This document shows, piece by piece, positions 27,750 to 36,134 of a stretch of 64,000 bases of DNA. Source of the DNA: Deltaproteobacteria bacterium (GTDB lineage: Bacteria > Myxococcota > Kuafuiibacteriia > Kuafuiibacteriales > Kuafuiibacteriaceae). A model generated the notes under the pieces. It saw only the letters and a list, made by a program, of their open reading frames with translations, did not search any database and was not told where the DNA came from. The stretch's first letter is position 1, and every line of letters starts with the position of its first letter. The translations under genes were made by a program, and so were the position numbers. The stretch lies in the NCBI GenBank assembly GCA_040218735.1, contig JAVJQW010000070.1, forward strand, positions 128,001-192,000, read 5' to 3'.

Positions 27750-28582
27750 GACACGTAGTCCTGCCCGTGGGCGCCGACGCCCGCCAACCCGAGCCCGACG
27801 AGCGCGACGAGCGTCGCGAGCACGCCGACCAACGTGAGCAACGCCGCCTTGCGCCCGCGCCACCCGATCGTCAGGCGGAAGTGGAGCAGCAACGCGTACA
27901 GGATCGAGACGAGCAGGCTCACCGTGTTGAGGAGCCCCCACGTCCAGTACGTCCCGCTGACTTGCTTGCTGTAGATCGCGCCCGCGACGAGGCCGAGCGC
28001 CATCATCGGGAAGCCGAGCTGCAACAGCCGCGCGCTGACGTTGTCGAGAATCTCGAGCGCCGGGAGCTTGTGCAGCCCCGTGCCGATCTTCTTGATCTTC
28101 TTCCGCTTGGTCTTCAGGCGGCGCTCTTGGATCAGGTAGACGATCGCGACGATCCCCGCGACGGCGAACGACGCCTCCCCGAGGAACGCCAACGCGATGT
28201 GCACCGGGAGCCACGGCGAGCGCAGCCGCTCGGGCCCGGCGCCGCCCGGGTCCATCCCGGCCGCCATGATCGTCAGCACCGCGACCAACACCGCGACGAG
28301 CGCCGCGGCCTGCGGCACACCGGATCGCCAGGCGATGCCGATGCCGATCATCGCCGCGAGGAAACCGAACAGCGACAGGCCGTCCGCGAGCGTCGACAAC
28401 GGGAACGTGCCGATCTCCACCGTGCGCCCGCCGAGCGCGAGCGCGTGCGCGAGCAACGCGATCGACAGCCCGACGATGACCGTGCGGTCGCCGGACAGGC
28501 GTGGCCACCTCAGCTGCACGAGGCCCAGCCCGGCCGCGAGCACGTAGATGACGGCGGCGACCTTGAGCAGCAGGAGTGCCAT
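27746..28582 (-). CDS. ccsA: Cytochrome c assembly (CcsA/HemX-like) membrane protein
   Basis: About 8 TMs; 'WLPVHI', 'LPALEILD', 'GWRGRKAA'; upstream of hemA. Confidence 0.85.
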   Translation of the reverse strand: MALLLLKVAAVIYVLAAGLGLVQLRWPRLSGDRTVIVGLSIALLAHALALGGRTVEIGTFPLSTLADGLSLFGFLAAMIGIGIAWRSGVPQAAALVAVLVAVLTIMAAGMDPGGAGPERLRSPWLPVHIALAFLGEASFAVAGIVAIVYLIQERRLKTKRKKIKKIGTGLHKLPALEILDNVSARLLQLGFPMMALGLVAGAIYSKQVSGTYWTWGLLNTVSLLVSILYALLLHFRLTIGWRGRKAALLTLVGVLATLVALVGLGLAGVGAHGQDYVS

Positions 28583-28597
28583 TCGACGTGTACCTTA

Positions 28598-28906
28598 TCA
28601 GGACGCGCGCAGCGTGCCGACGAAGCCGGTCTCGACTTCGAACGCGGCCTCGCCGAACAGGACGGACTCACCCATCAGCTCGCCGCCGAGCTCGACGATG
28701 CGTTCTTCCGTCAGCACCTTGCCGAGCAGCTCGGGCGCGGCGCCTTCCGGGACGACCGAAAGGAACCGAACCGCGGGCGACAGCTCGTAGGCGCGACCGA
28801 GGTTGTTGAGGACGACGACGTTGTCCGCGACGTCGACGTTGCCGGAGTCGACCCAGGCTTCGAGCGTCGAGTGGGCGATGAACATGCGGGGGTGGAGCTC
28901 TGCCAT
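28598..28906 (-). CDS. Hypothetical protein (102 aa)
   Basis: 'FIAHSTLEAW...PAVRFL...LLGKV...GGELMGESVLFGE.AFEVETGF'; high GC3; operon-like position. Confidence 0.7.
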   Translation of the reverse strand: MAELHPRMFIAHSTLEAWVDSGNVDVADNVVVLNNLGRAYELSPAVRFLSVVPEGAAPELLGKVLTEERIVELGGELMGESVLFGEAAFEVETGFVGTLRAS

Positions 28907-29078
28907 GGGGACCGCGATCGAAGTATAGGGTTCACCTGTTTGGTTCGAAAGTCGAGAAAAGCGTGGTGCGCGTCGCCCCGTCGATCTGCTATGCCAGGGG
29001 CCGAAAGCAGTCCGTCGCGCGGCCGGGAATCGACCGAGCGGCCCCGGGGTTGAGCCCTCGGAAAAGGAAGGTACGACA

Positions 29079-29405
29079 GTGGCTGAAAACGTGGTCGAGT
29101 TCTCCTCCGACAACTTCCAGCAAGAGGTCCTCGAATCGGACGTCCCGGTGCTGGTGGACTTCTGGGCGCCCTGGTGTGCGCCGTGCCGCATGATCGCCCC
29201 CGCCGTCGAGCAGCTCGCCGGTGAGTTCGGCGAGAAGGCGAAGGTCGGCAAGGTCAACATCGACGAGCACCCCTCCGTGGCGCAGACCTACGGCGTCATG
29301 AGCATCCCGACCCTCCTGGTGTTCAAGGGCGGACAGCCGGTCCAGCAGATCGTCGGCGCCGTCGCGAAGGGACAGATCCAGAGCATGGTCGAGAAGGCGA
29401 TGTAG
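29079..29405 (+). CDS. trxA: Thioredoxin
   Basis: 'VDFWAPWCAPCR', 'SIPTL'. Confidence 0.96.
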   Translation: MAENVVEFSSDNFQQEVLESDVPVLVDFWAPWCAPCRMIAPAVEQLAGEFGEKAKVGKVNIDEHPSVAQTYGVMSIPTLLVFKGGQPVQQIVGAVAKGQIQSMVEKAM

Positions 29406-29413
29406 GCCACCGT

Positions 29414-29929
29414 TTGGGTGTCCTGCTCCTCTTCTTCGGCGCCATCTGCGCGGGGTTCTTGCTGATCCTCCTCATCGCGATCAGCTCGCCGCGTCCGCCG
29501 CCCGTCGACCTCAAGCGTGAGTCCAACAACTCACCGCTGGTCGACCTCGACGCCGAACAGCTCGGCAAAATCGTCGCCGAGCTCCTCGACAAGATGGGCC
29601 TCGAGATCGACCGCCTGCAGGGCGGCGCGAACGAGGTGATCGAGATCTACGCCGAGAACCCCGAGCCGATCACGGGCGGCAAGCTCCTCGTGCACTGCAT
29701 CACCGCGCCGCGCGACACCGGCAAGCTCGACGCCCCCGCCGTCGGCAAGTTCATCCGCGCCACGCGCAGCGCGTACGTGAGCAAGGGTCTGTTGTTCACG
29801 ACCGGCACCTTCACGCCAGACGGCCGCCTCGAAGCCGAGGACGCCCCCGTCGAGCTCTTCGATCGCGACCGCCTGATGAAGATGATCAACCAGTACTTCG
29901 AAGAAGGCCTGGAGATCGTCGAAGACTGA
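29414..29929 (+). CDS. Membrane-anchored Mrr-like (restriction endonuclease fold) protein, probably inactive
   Basis: N-terminal TM; 'LLDKMGL', 'KGLLFTTGTFT', 'VELFD'; catalytic residues degenerate. Confidence 0.65.
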   Translation: MGVLLLFFGAICAGFLLILLIAISSPRPPPVDLKRESNNSPLVDLDAEQLGKIVAELLDKMGLEIDRLQGGANEVIEIYAENPEPITGGKLLVHCITAPRDTGKLDAPAVGKFIRATRSAYVSKGLLFTTGTFTPDGRLEAEDAPVELFDRDRLMKMINQYFEEGLEIVED

Positions 29930-29970
29930 CGGGCCCGCAACACGGGCCGCCCCGAGGCCGATAACCCATC

Positions 29971-30654
29971 GTGCCTCTGCCGCCCGGCCCCCGCATCCGC
30001 CCGCTCGACTGGGGCTTCGAACGACCGAAGCTGGGGACGCCGCGGCGCGTGCAGCAGCTGCACACGCACCAGCTGGTCGAGTCGTCGCCGCCGCCCGTGC
30101 TCTCGCAGCTCGGCCACGACACGGGCTTCGACGAGGTCGCCTGTGCCCCGACGTGCATGGTCATGGCCGGGATCGCGTGGGGCGTCATCCCGCGGACCGC
30201 CTCGGTACGCGCCGCGATCATGGCGGCCGGGCGCTGGGGCTCGACGAGCCGCGCCGGGACCACCGTCGAGGGGCTCGGGAAGATCGCCGAAGGCATGGAC
30301 ATCGACTTCGAGCAGCGCCCCTACGTCACCGCCGCCGGCGTGCGCGAGCTCCTCGACGCGGGCGCGCACGTGATCGTGCGGGGCAACAGCTTCGTGCTGC
30401 CGTGGTCCGATCCCCCCGACGAGCCGGACGACTTCTCGAGCCACGTGGTCCTCGTGACGCGACAAGATGATCAGGGGCGGTTCGTGGTCCACGATCCGTA
30501 CGTCACCGACGGCGAGCCGAGGACGCTGACGGCCGAGGCGCTGGAACACTTCGGCGAGGCCAAGGACAACCGCGACCGCCCCTTCATCATGGGGGTCGCG
30601 AAGATGAGGTCGGGGCTCGAGTGCCGCACGTATCACGACCGCCGCCCGCGCTGA
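29971..30654 (+). CDS. C39-like cysteine peptidase family protein
   Basis: 'SQ...ACAPTCMVM', 'SHVVLVT', 'VVHDPY' give a Cys-His-Asp pattern. Confidence 0.65.
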   Translation: MPLPPGPRIRPLDWGFERPKLGTPRRVQQLHTHQLVESSPPPVLSQLGHDTGFDEVACAPTCMVMAGIAWGVIPRTASVRAAIMAAGRWGSTSRAGTTVEGLGKIAEGMDIDFEQRPYVTAAGVRELLDAGAHVIVRGNSFVLPWSDPPDEPDDFSSHVVLVTRQDDQGRFVVHDPYVTDGEPRTLTAEALEHFGEAKDNRDRPFIMGVAKMRSGLECRTYHDRRPR

Positions 30655-30674
30655 GTGCGACCATCGAACCGCGC

Positions 30675-30705
30675 TTGACCTTGACGTAGCGTCAAGCCCG
30701 AGCGT
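30675..30705 (+). promoter_or_regulatory. MerR-type promoter/operator
   Basis: TTGACC, 19-bp spacer with dyad CTTGACG-TAG-CGTCAAG (30680-30696), -10 GAGCGT. Confidence 0.78.
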
Positions 30706-30726
30706 CGGGAGCCAGGAGGTTCTTCG

Positions 30727-31428
30727 ATGCTCGAAATTCTCGGCGTCCCGTTTTCCGCACACACCCGCAAGGTCCTCGTGGCCCTGCACGAAAAGGCGAT
30801 CGCGTTCCGCCTGGTCCCGGTCGTCCCGCTCATGAGCGAGGGACCGATGGCCCCGCCCCCGGACTGGCGAGAGCTCAGCCCGCTCGCGAAGATCCCGGTG
30901 CTCCGCAGCGGGAAGGTCACCGTCGCCGACTCGTCGGTGATCAACCTGTACCTCGAGCGCCGGTTCCCCGAACGCCCGCTCTACCCGGCCGAGCCTGAAG
31001 CGTACGCGCGTGCGCTCTGGATCGAGGAGTACGTCGACGGCGCGCTGCAACCGCACGTGCTGCACGGCCTCCTCGCGGAGCGTGCGTTCGCGCGGATCGC
31101 GCTCGGCCGGGAGCCCAACGAGGCGCTGATTCGCCGGTCGCTCGAGGCCATCCCGGCTCGGCTCGACTACCTCGAGGCGCAGCTCGGGGGGCGTGGCTTC
31201 TTCGCCGGCGACATGCTTTCGGTCGCGGACATCACCGTCGCGTCCATCCTGATGAACTACCATTACGCGGGATGTTCGATCGATCCGCACAGTCACCCGG
31301 GGCTGCATCGCCACCTCGCGGCGACGCTCGCCGGCGACGGTTTCCAGAAGCACCTTTCGACCGAGCTGCTCGCCGCGCGCGAGGTGCCCACCCTCGACCT
31401 CGGCCTGATCGAGCGCGCCGTGCGGTGA
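30727..31428 (+). CDS. Glutathione S-transferase family protein
   Basis: 'SPLAKIPVL...DSSVINLYL', 'LSVADI'; AGGAGG SD. Confidence 0.9.
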   Translation: MLEILGVPFSAHTRKVLVALHEKAIAFRLVPVVPLMSEGPMAPPPDWRELSPLAKIPVLRSGKVTVADSSVINLYLERRFPERPLYPAEPEAYARALWIEEYVDGALQPHVLHGLLAERAFARIALGREPNEALIRRSLEAIPARLDYLEAQLGGRGFFAGDMLSVADITVASILMNYHYAGCSIDPHSHPGLHRHLAATLAGDGFQKHLSTELLAAREVPTLDLGLIERAVR

Positions 31429-31440
31429 GCGAGGCGGACC

Positions 31441-32262
31441 GTGCTCTCGATCGGTGAGTTTTCGCGCGTGGCGCGCGTGTCGACCCGGTTGCTTCGTCAC
31501 TACGATCAGCTCGGGCTCCTGAAGCCCGCTACGGTCGATGCCGACACGGGCTACCGGTACTACGGCGCGGCGCAGCTCTCGCGGCTGAACCGGATCTTCG
31601 TGCTCAAGGAGCTCGGCTTCGAGCTGGAGGCGATCCCACCGCTCCTCGACGACGAGGTCGATCCGGAGTCGCTGCGGGGCCTGCTCGAAGAGCGACGGAC
31701 GCGCGTCGCCGAGACCATCGATCGAGAGCAGGCGCGACTGCGACACATCGAAGCGCGCATCGCACAGCTCGACGACGCAGGCTCGCTCGTGGACGATGAC
31801 GTCATCGTTCGCAGCGAGCCCGCGCGGACCCTGTTCGCGATCCGCAGGACGGTGCGCTCCTTCGACGAAGCCAAAGTGATACTCGGCCGCGTGATGCGCG
31901 CCGTGACCACGACCGTCTCCAAGCGAAACCTCGGACAGCTCGCCGTGCTCGCACACGCTGAGACGTTCGAGCCCGACGCGCTCGACCTGGAGATCGGGTT
32001 CTTCGTCGGCGACCCGCCACCCCCCATCGCGCTGGACGACGGATGGATCGCGCCTCGCCGGGTCGCGGAGGTGCACACGATGGCTGTCTGCGTCCGCACG
32101 GGTCCGCCGGAGCGATCCCACGTCGCGTCCGCGCGTGTCGCGCGGTTCGTCGAGGCCCGGGGTTATCGTATCGGCGCACCGACGCGCGAGGTCTTCGTCG
32201 CGCCGTTCGATCCGGCGAGGCCGGAGTCGGCCGTCGTCGAGATGCAGTTTCCGCTGCGCTAA
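31441..32262 (+). CDS. MerR family regulator with GyrI-like effector domain
   Basis: 'LSIGEFSR...LRHYDQLGLL.P...TGYRYY', C-terminal 'REVF...EMQFP'. Confidence 0.92.
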   Translation: MLSIGEFSRVARVSTRLLRHYDQLGLLKPATVDADTGYRYYGAAQLSRLNRIFVLKELGFELEAIPPLLDDEVDPESLRGLLEERRTRVAETIDREQARLRHIEARIAQLDDAGSLVDDDVIVRSEPARTLFAIRRTVRSFDEAKVILGRVMRAVTTTVSKRNLGQLAVLAHAETFEPDALDLEIGFFVGDPPPPIALDDGWIAPRRVAEVHTMAVCVRTGPPERSHVASARVARFVEARGYRIGAPTREVFVAPFDPARPESAVVEMQFPLR

Positions 32263-34724
32263 CGCAGCGAATCACACAACACGCGCGCGCTCTTCGAGTA
32301 GCGCAGCGAGTTGCCGGCCTCGAGGTACTCGTCGCAGGCCTTCAGCGCCTTGTCCTTGTCGGTGCGGTTCTTCGCGAGGGTGTACGCGAGCCGGTACCAG
32401 CCCTCGAGCGCGCCCATCTGCGCCGCCTTCTCGAAGGAGTTCGCCGCCGTCACCGCCTCGCCGCGGTCGTCCATGAGGCGCCCGTAGGAGATGAGGACGT
32501 CGGCCTGCTCCGACAGCGGGTGACGGCTCATGTTCTCGATCGCCGTCTCGAGCTCCTTCTTCGCCTCGTCGAGGCGGTTGAGGCGCCGGTAGTGCCGACC
32601 CAGCTCGAGGTGCACGTTCATGCGCATCGTCGGGTGTTTCTCGAGGAGCCCCTTCAGGTAGCTCTCGGTGTTCGCCTGCTTCGTGCGACGCAGCCACCGC
32701 GCTTTCGCGATCAGCGCCTCGGAGTCGTTCGGCGCCTTCGCGAGCGCATCGTCGATCGCCTTCTTCGCCTCGTCGTACTGGCCGTTGCGCATCTTCGCCT
32801 CCGCCAGCTCCACGAGGAACGCCCAACGGTACGGCTCCATGTCGACCGCCTTCTGCAGCGGCTCGATCGCTTCCTTCGCGCGATCCTGTTCGAGCAACCA
32901 CCGGCCGAGCCCGAACGGGAAGTCTGCGTTGCTCGGGTCGAGGCGGACCGCCTGCTCGTAGGCCCCGGTCGCCTTCGCGTCCTCACCCGCCGAACGCAGG
33001 ATCTCGCTGCGCGCGAACTCCGCCATCGCTTGGTCACGCGGCGAGATGTTCTTCGGCTGCTCGCGGGCGAGTTTGTCGAACCGCAACAGGTCCGCCGCCG
33101 CGAGCTTGAGGTTGCCGCGGTCGAGCCGCGCGAGCGCAAGCCCGGCCAACGCACCGGGGTGACTCGGCTCCGCGCGCAGCGCCGCCGAGAAGCCTGCGAC
33201 CGCGGTCCCGGTACGGCGCGCACGATACGCCGCGCGCGCGTGCCAGACCTTCGCGCGCACGCTCCCCGGGAGGACCTCCTTCACGCGCGCCAGCGATCGC
33301 GTCGCCTGCTCGTACTCGCCGAGCCGCAACTCCGCGAGCGCGAGCGCGACGTCCGCGTGCGTCGGTGCGGCGCCGCCGGCCTGATTCTCTTGAATGTAAG
33401 GCTGCGCGATCTTCGCCGCCTTCTCAGCGGACGCGTGACGATCGCTGCCGTCGTACAGCGCCGTGAGCGCCGCGGCGGCCACGGTGTGGGAGACACGCGG
33501 CGCCTTGGCCTGGGCCTTCGCGAGGATCGCGTCGAGCTTCGGCTTCAGGTCGCTCTCGCCGTGCTCGCCCCAGAGGATCGCGTACGTGTGCGCGAGCCGC
33601 CCGAGCGACAGCGCGTGGTCTTCGTCGTGGTCCTCGACGATTTCTTCGAGGTAACCCGCCGCCGCCTTGTAGCTGCCGTAGGTGTCGCGGTTGAACGCGG
33701 GCACGGCCTTCGTCGTGAGTTGATCGATCGCTTCGACCGTCGCCTTGGAGATCAGCCGCTGCGCGATGAGCCCGAGCCCCACGACCGTGAGGACGGCGAC
33801 GAGGATCAACGTCGTCTTCGGACGACCGCGATCCGGCTTCTCCTGCGCGACGGCCTGCGCGATCTTCTCCAGCTCGTCCTCGCCCTCGAGGATCTGCGGC
33901 ACGACCGAGTTCGCGCGCCCCGGCAGGATCGAGTTGGAGCGCGGCAGCGGCGCGGGTCGTCCGGACAACGGGGCCGCGCCCGAGATCGGCGCCCCACCGG
34001 AGATCGGCGCCCCACCGGAGATCGGCAAGTCGCCGGTGCTCGACGACGGCGCCAGCACGGGCGAGATCTGAACGCCGGATCCGGGCCGCGCTTGCGCGGG
34101 CGTGACCGACACGCCGCGCGGCGGCATCGACGGGAGATCCTGCGAAGCTGCGACGAGATCGACGCTCGCGGGCGGCGGAGGGGGCGGCGCAGCGGGCGCG
34201 GGCTCCGGTTCGGGCTCCGGCTCCGGGTACGTGATCCCGTGTTCGGCGAGGAGGCTCGACGCTTCCGCGAGTCCGCGATCGAGATCGACGGCGCGCTTCA
34301 GATCCTCGACGCCGTCGTCCTTGGATCCACTCGCGATGCGCACACGCCCGCGCGCGAGGAAGACCGGCGCGGCCTCGCCGTGCGACTCGGCGAGCTTGTC
34401 GAGCTCGGTGAGCGCGCGCTTGTACTTCTTCTGCTCCGCGTACACGCGCGCGAGCAGAATCCGGCCATCAATGGCATCCGGATGCGCCTTGATGCCCTTC
34501 TTGCAGACGACCATCGCCTCCATGAAGCGGCCTTGCGCCAGATAAGCCTCACAGAGATCTACGAACGCGTTCGACTCCGGATTCTGCGCGAACTGAAGCT
34601 CCAGCTCCGTGATGGATGCGTGCGTCTTCGCGGCATCCTTCGGCGCTGCGCCGTTCGCGCTCTTTCCGTTGCCTGCGCTTTCTTCGACCTCTGAGGAGGG
34701 GGACTCGGTGTCACCCGCCGACAT
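32259..34724 (-). CDS. Bitopic membrane protein with TPR arrays on both sides
   Basis: N-terminal TPRs, Pro-rich linker with PISGGA repeats, TM 'LILVAVLTVVGLGLI', many C-terminal TPRs. Confidence 0.82.
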   Translation of the reverse strand: MSAGDTESPSSEVEESAGNGKSANGAAPKDAAKTHASITELELQFAQNPESNAFVDLCEAYLAQGRFMEAMVVCKKGIKAHPDAIDGRILLARVYAEQKKYKRALTELDKLAESHGEAAPVFLARGRVRIASGSKDDGVEDLKRAVDLDRGLAEASSLLAEHGITYPEPEPEPEPAPAAPPPPPPASVDLVAASQDLPSMPPRGVSVTPAQARPGSGVQISPVLAPSSSTGDLPISGGAPISGGAPISGAAPLSGRPAPLPRSNSILPGRANSVVPQILEGEDELEKIAQAVAQEKPDRGRPKTTLILVAVLTVVGLGLIAQRLISKATVEAIDQLTTKAVPAFNRDTYGSYKAAAGYLEEIVEDHDEDHALSLGRLAHTYAILWGEHGESDLKPKLDAILAKAQAKAPRVSHTVAAAALTALYDGSDRHASAEKAAKIAQPYIQENQAGGAAPTHADVALALAELRLGEYEQATRSLARVKEVLPGSVRAKVWHARAAYRARRTGTAVAGFSAALRAEPSHPGALAGLALARLDRGNLKLAAADLLRFDKLAREQPKNISPRDQAMAEFARSEILRSAGEDAKATGAYEQAVRLDPSNADFPFGLGRWLLEQDRAKEAIEPLQKAVDMEPYRWAFLVELAEAKMRNGQYDEAKKAIDDALAKAPNDSEALIAKARWLRRTKQANTESYLKGLLEKHPTMRMNVHLELGRHYRRLNRLDEAKKELETAIENMSRHPLSEQADVLISYGRLMDDRGEAVTAANSFEKAAQMGALEGWYRLAYTLAKNRTDKDKALKACDEYLEAGNSLRYSKSARVLCDSLR

Positions 34725-34823
34725 CGGATGGCAGTGCTATCAGACGACCGATACCGCCGTCAAAATACGCTGAATTTTCCTTGCCCTTACGACGGACACT
34801 GTGTAGAGACCTGGTCCTCCGTT

Positions 34824-34896
34824 GGGGGAGTAGCTCAGCTGGGAGAGCGCTGCGTTCGCAATGCAGAGGTCGTGGGTTCAAGTCCCATCTTCTCCA
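34824..34896 (+). tRNA. tRNA-Ala (anticodon CGC)
   Basis: Acceptor GGGGGAG/CTTCTCC with G3:U70; anticodon arm CTGCG-TT-CGC-AA-TGCAG; T-loop GTTCAAG; CCA not encoded. Confidence 0.96.
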
Positions 34897-34960
34897 TCCT
34901 AAAATCGCTCCAGAGGTTCTTCACATGCGGCCCGGTGGCAAGAAGGACGAAGAGCGAGCC

Positions 34961-35146
34961 ATGATGTCGAGCCAACAGCTCGAGATCACCAAAGCCGCCA
35001 TCGAGGCGACCGCCCAGGTCACCGCTGCGATGGTCAGCGTCACGAACGAAAAGAACCCGGCCAAGATCAGCGAGGCCTACCGCGTCATCTACAAGACGGT
35101 GATGGACGTGGTGAAGGGCCAGCAGAAGAAGGGCCCCGGCGTCTAA
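34961..35146 (+). CDS. Small hypothetical helical protein (61 aa)
   Basis: ATG 34961 after a purine-rich leader; high GC3. Confidence 0.6.
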   Translation: MMSSQQLEITKAAIEATAQVTAAMVSVTNEKNPAKISEAYRVIYKTVMDVVKGQQKKGPGV

Positions 35147-35194
35147 GACCCGCCTCGGGTGATTCGCGGTCCCAAGACCGGGTATCCTGCGTCC

Positions 35195-36121
35195 ATGCGG
35201 CGCATCCTCGTCGGCCTCCTCGGCCTCCCCGCCCTGCTCATGACCTCGCCCGCCTGGGCAGAGGACGACGTCCCGGACCTCGTGGACGCCATGGGCGTCG
35301 AGGAGACCCGCTTCGAGGTCGTCCCGCGCGACGCCGCCGACGGGCGCACGCAGGCGCCCATCGAGGCCGACGACCCCGTCACCATCCCCCTCGTCCGCGA
35401 CATCGCCCACCGCGACGAGGGCCGGGTGTACCTGGATCCCTTCCTCGGCCGCGAGATCTACCCCGAGCTGTCGGCTCGGGTGTTCACCGCGTTCGGGCGC
35501 AAGCGCTTCGCCAACGGCGGTGAGCCAGGCGGCGGCGACGGCACGATGGCCCTCGTGGGCCGCGCCGACGTGTCGCTGTGGTTCTTGGACCTGCGGCTCC
35601 CCGTCGACTCCTCCGCGCGCGAGGACTCGGGACCGTTCGAGCTGGTCCTCAAGGCCCCCTTCGGGATCGGCCACCACCGCTTCGCCCCGCTCCTCGTCGT
35701 CCACGTCGCGGATCGGCTCGCGACCTCCGTCGTGGAGGCGGGTATCGGCTACCACTACGCACGCCAGGGCCTGGCGCTGAAGCTGGAGGTCACCGCGTTC
35801 GACGGCGCGCCGGATCGCACCCGCGTCGGCGCGATCGGCGGCAAGCTCGGCTGGAACGCGCAGGTCTCCTACCTGCTCACGGATCACGTCGGCTTCGTCG
35901 TCGAGGCCGACGGCGTCACCGCGATCTCCGAGCGCGAAGGACAGCCGCCCCCGGCGGTCGGCGACACGATCGTGCGGCTGCTCCCCGGCGTTCGCTTCTT
36001 CCTCCCCGAAGCGGACGGCGTCGAGCTCGGCGTCGCCGGGCTCCTCACCTTCGTTCCGGACGGCTACGGCGTCGCGCGCACCGAGGGGCTGCTGCTCGAC
36101 TTCGCGTACACCTTCTTCTAA
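35195..36121 (+). CDS. Putative outer-membrane beta-barrel protein
   Basis: Signal peptide ending 'AWA'; amphipathic beta strands; C-terminal 'DFAYTFF'. Confidence 0.7.
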   Translation: MRRILVGLLGLPALLMTSPAWAEDDVPDLVDAMGVEETRFEVVPRDAADGRTQAPIEADDPVTIPLVRDIAHRDEGRVYLDPFLGREIYPELSARVFTAFGRKRFANGGEPGGGDGTMALVGRADVSLWFLDLRLPVDSSAREDSGPFELVLKAPFGIGHHRFAPLLVVHVADRLATSVVEAGIGYHYARQGLALKLEVTAFDGAPDRTRVGAIGGKLGWNAQVSYLLTDHVGFVVEADGVTAISEREGQPPPAVGDTIVRLLPGVRFFLPEADGVELGVAGLLTFVPDGYGVARTEGLLLDFAYTFF

Positions 36122-36134
36122 CCACACGCCCACG

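Noticed and set aside
26376-28508. 710-aa HemA, 648-aa HslU and 427-aa HemD as N-terminal fusions
   Set aside because: Extensions overlap upstream genes in other frames; true starts are at stop/start overlaps (27749, 56424, 25465).
33982-34028. 18-bp tandem repeat GAGATCGGCGCCCCACCG
   Set aside because: In-frame PISGGA linker repeat in a disordered region; ordinary for such proteins.
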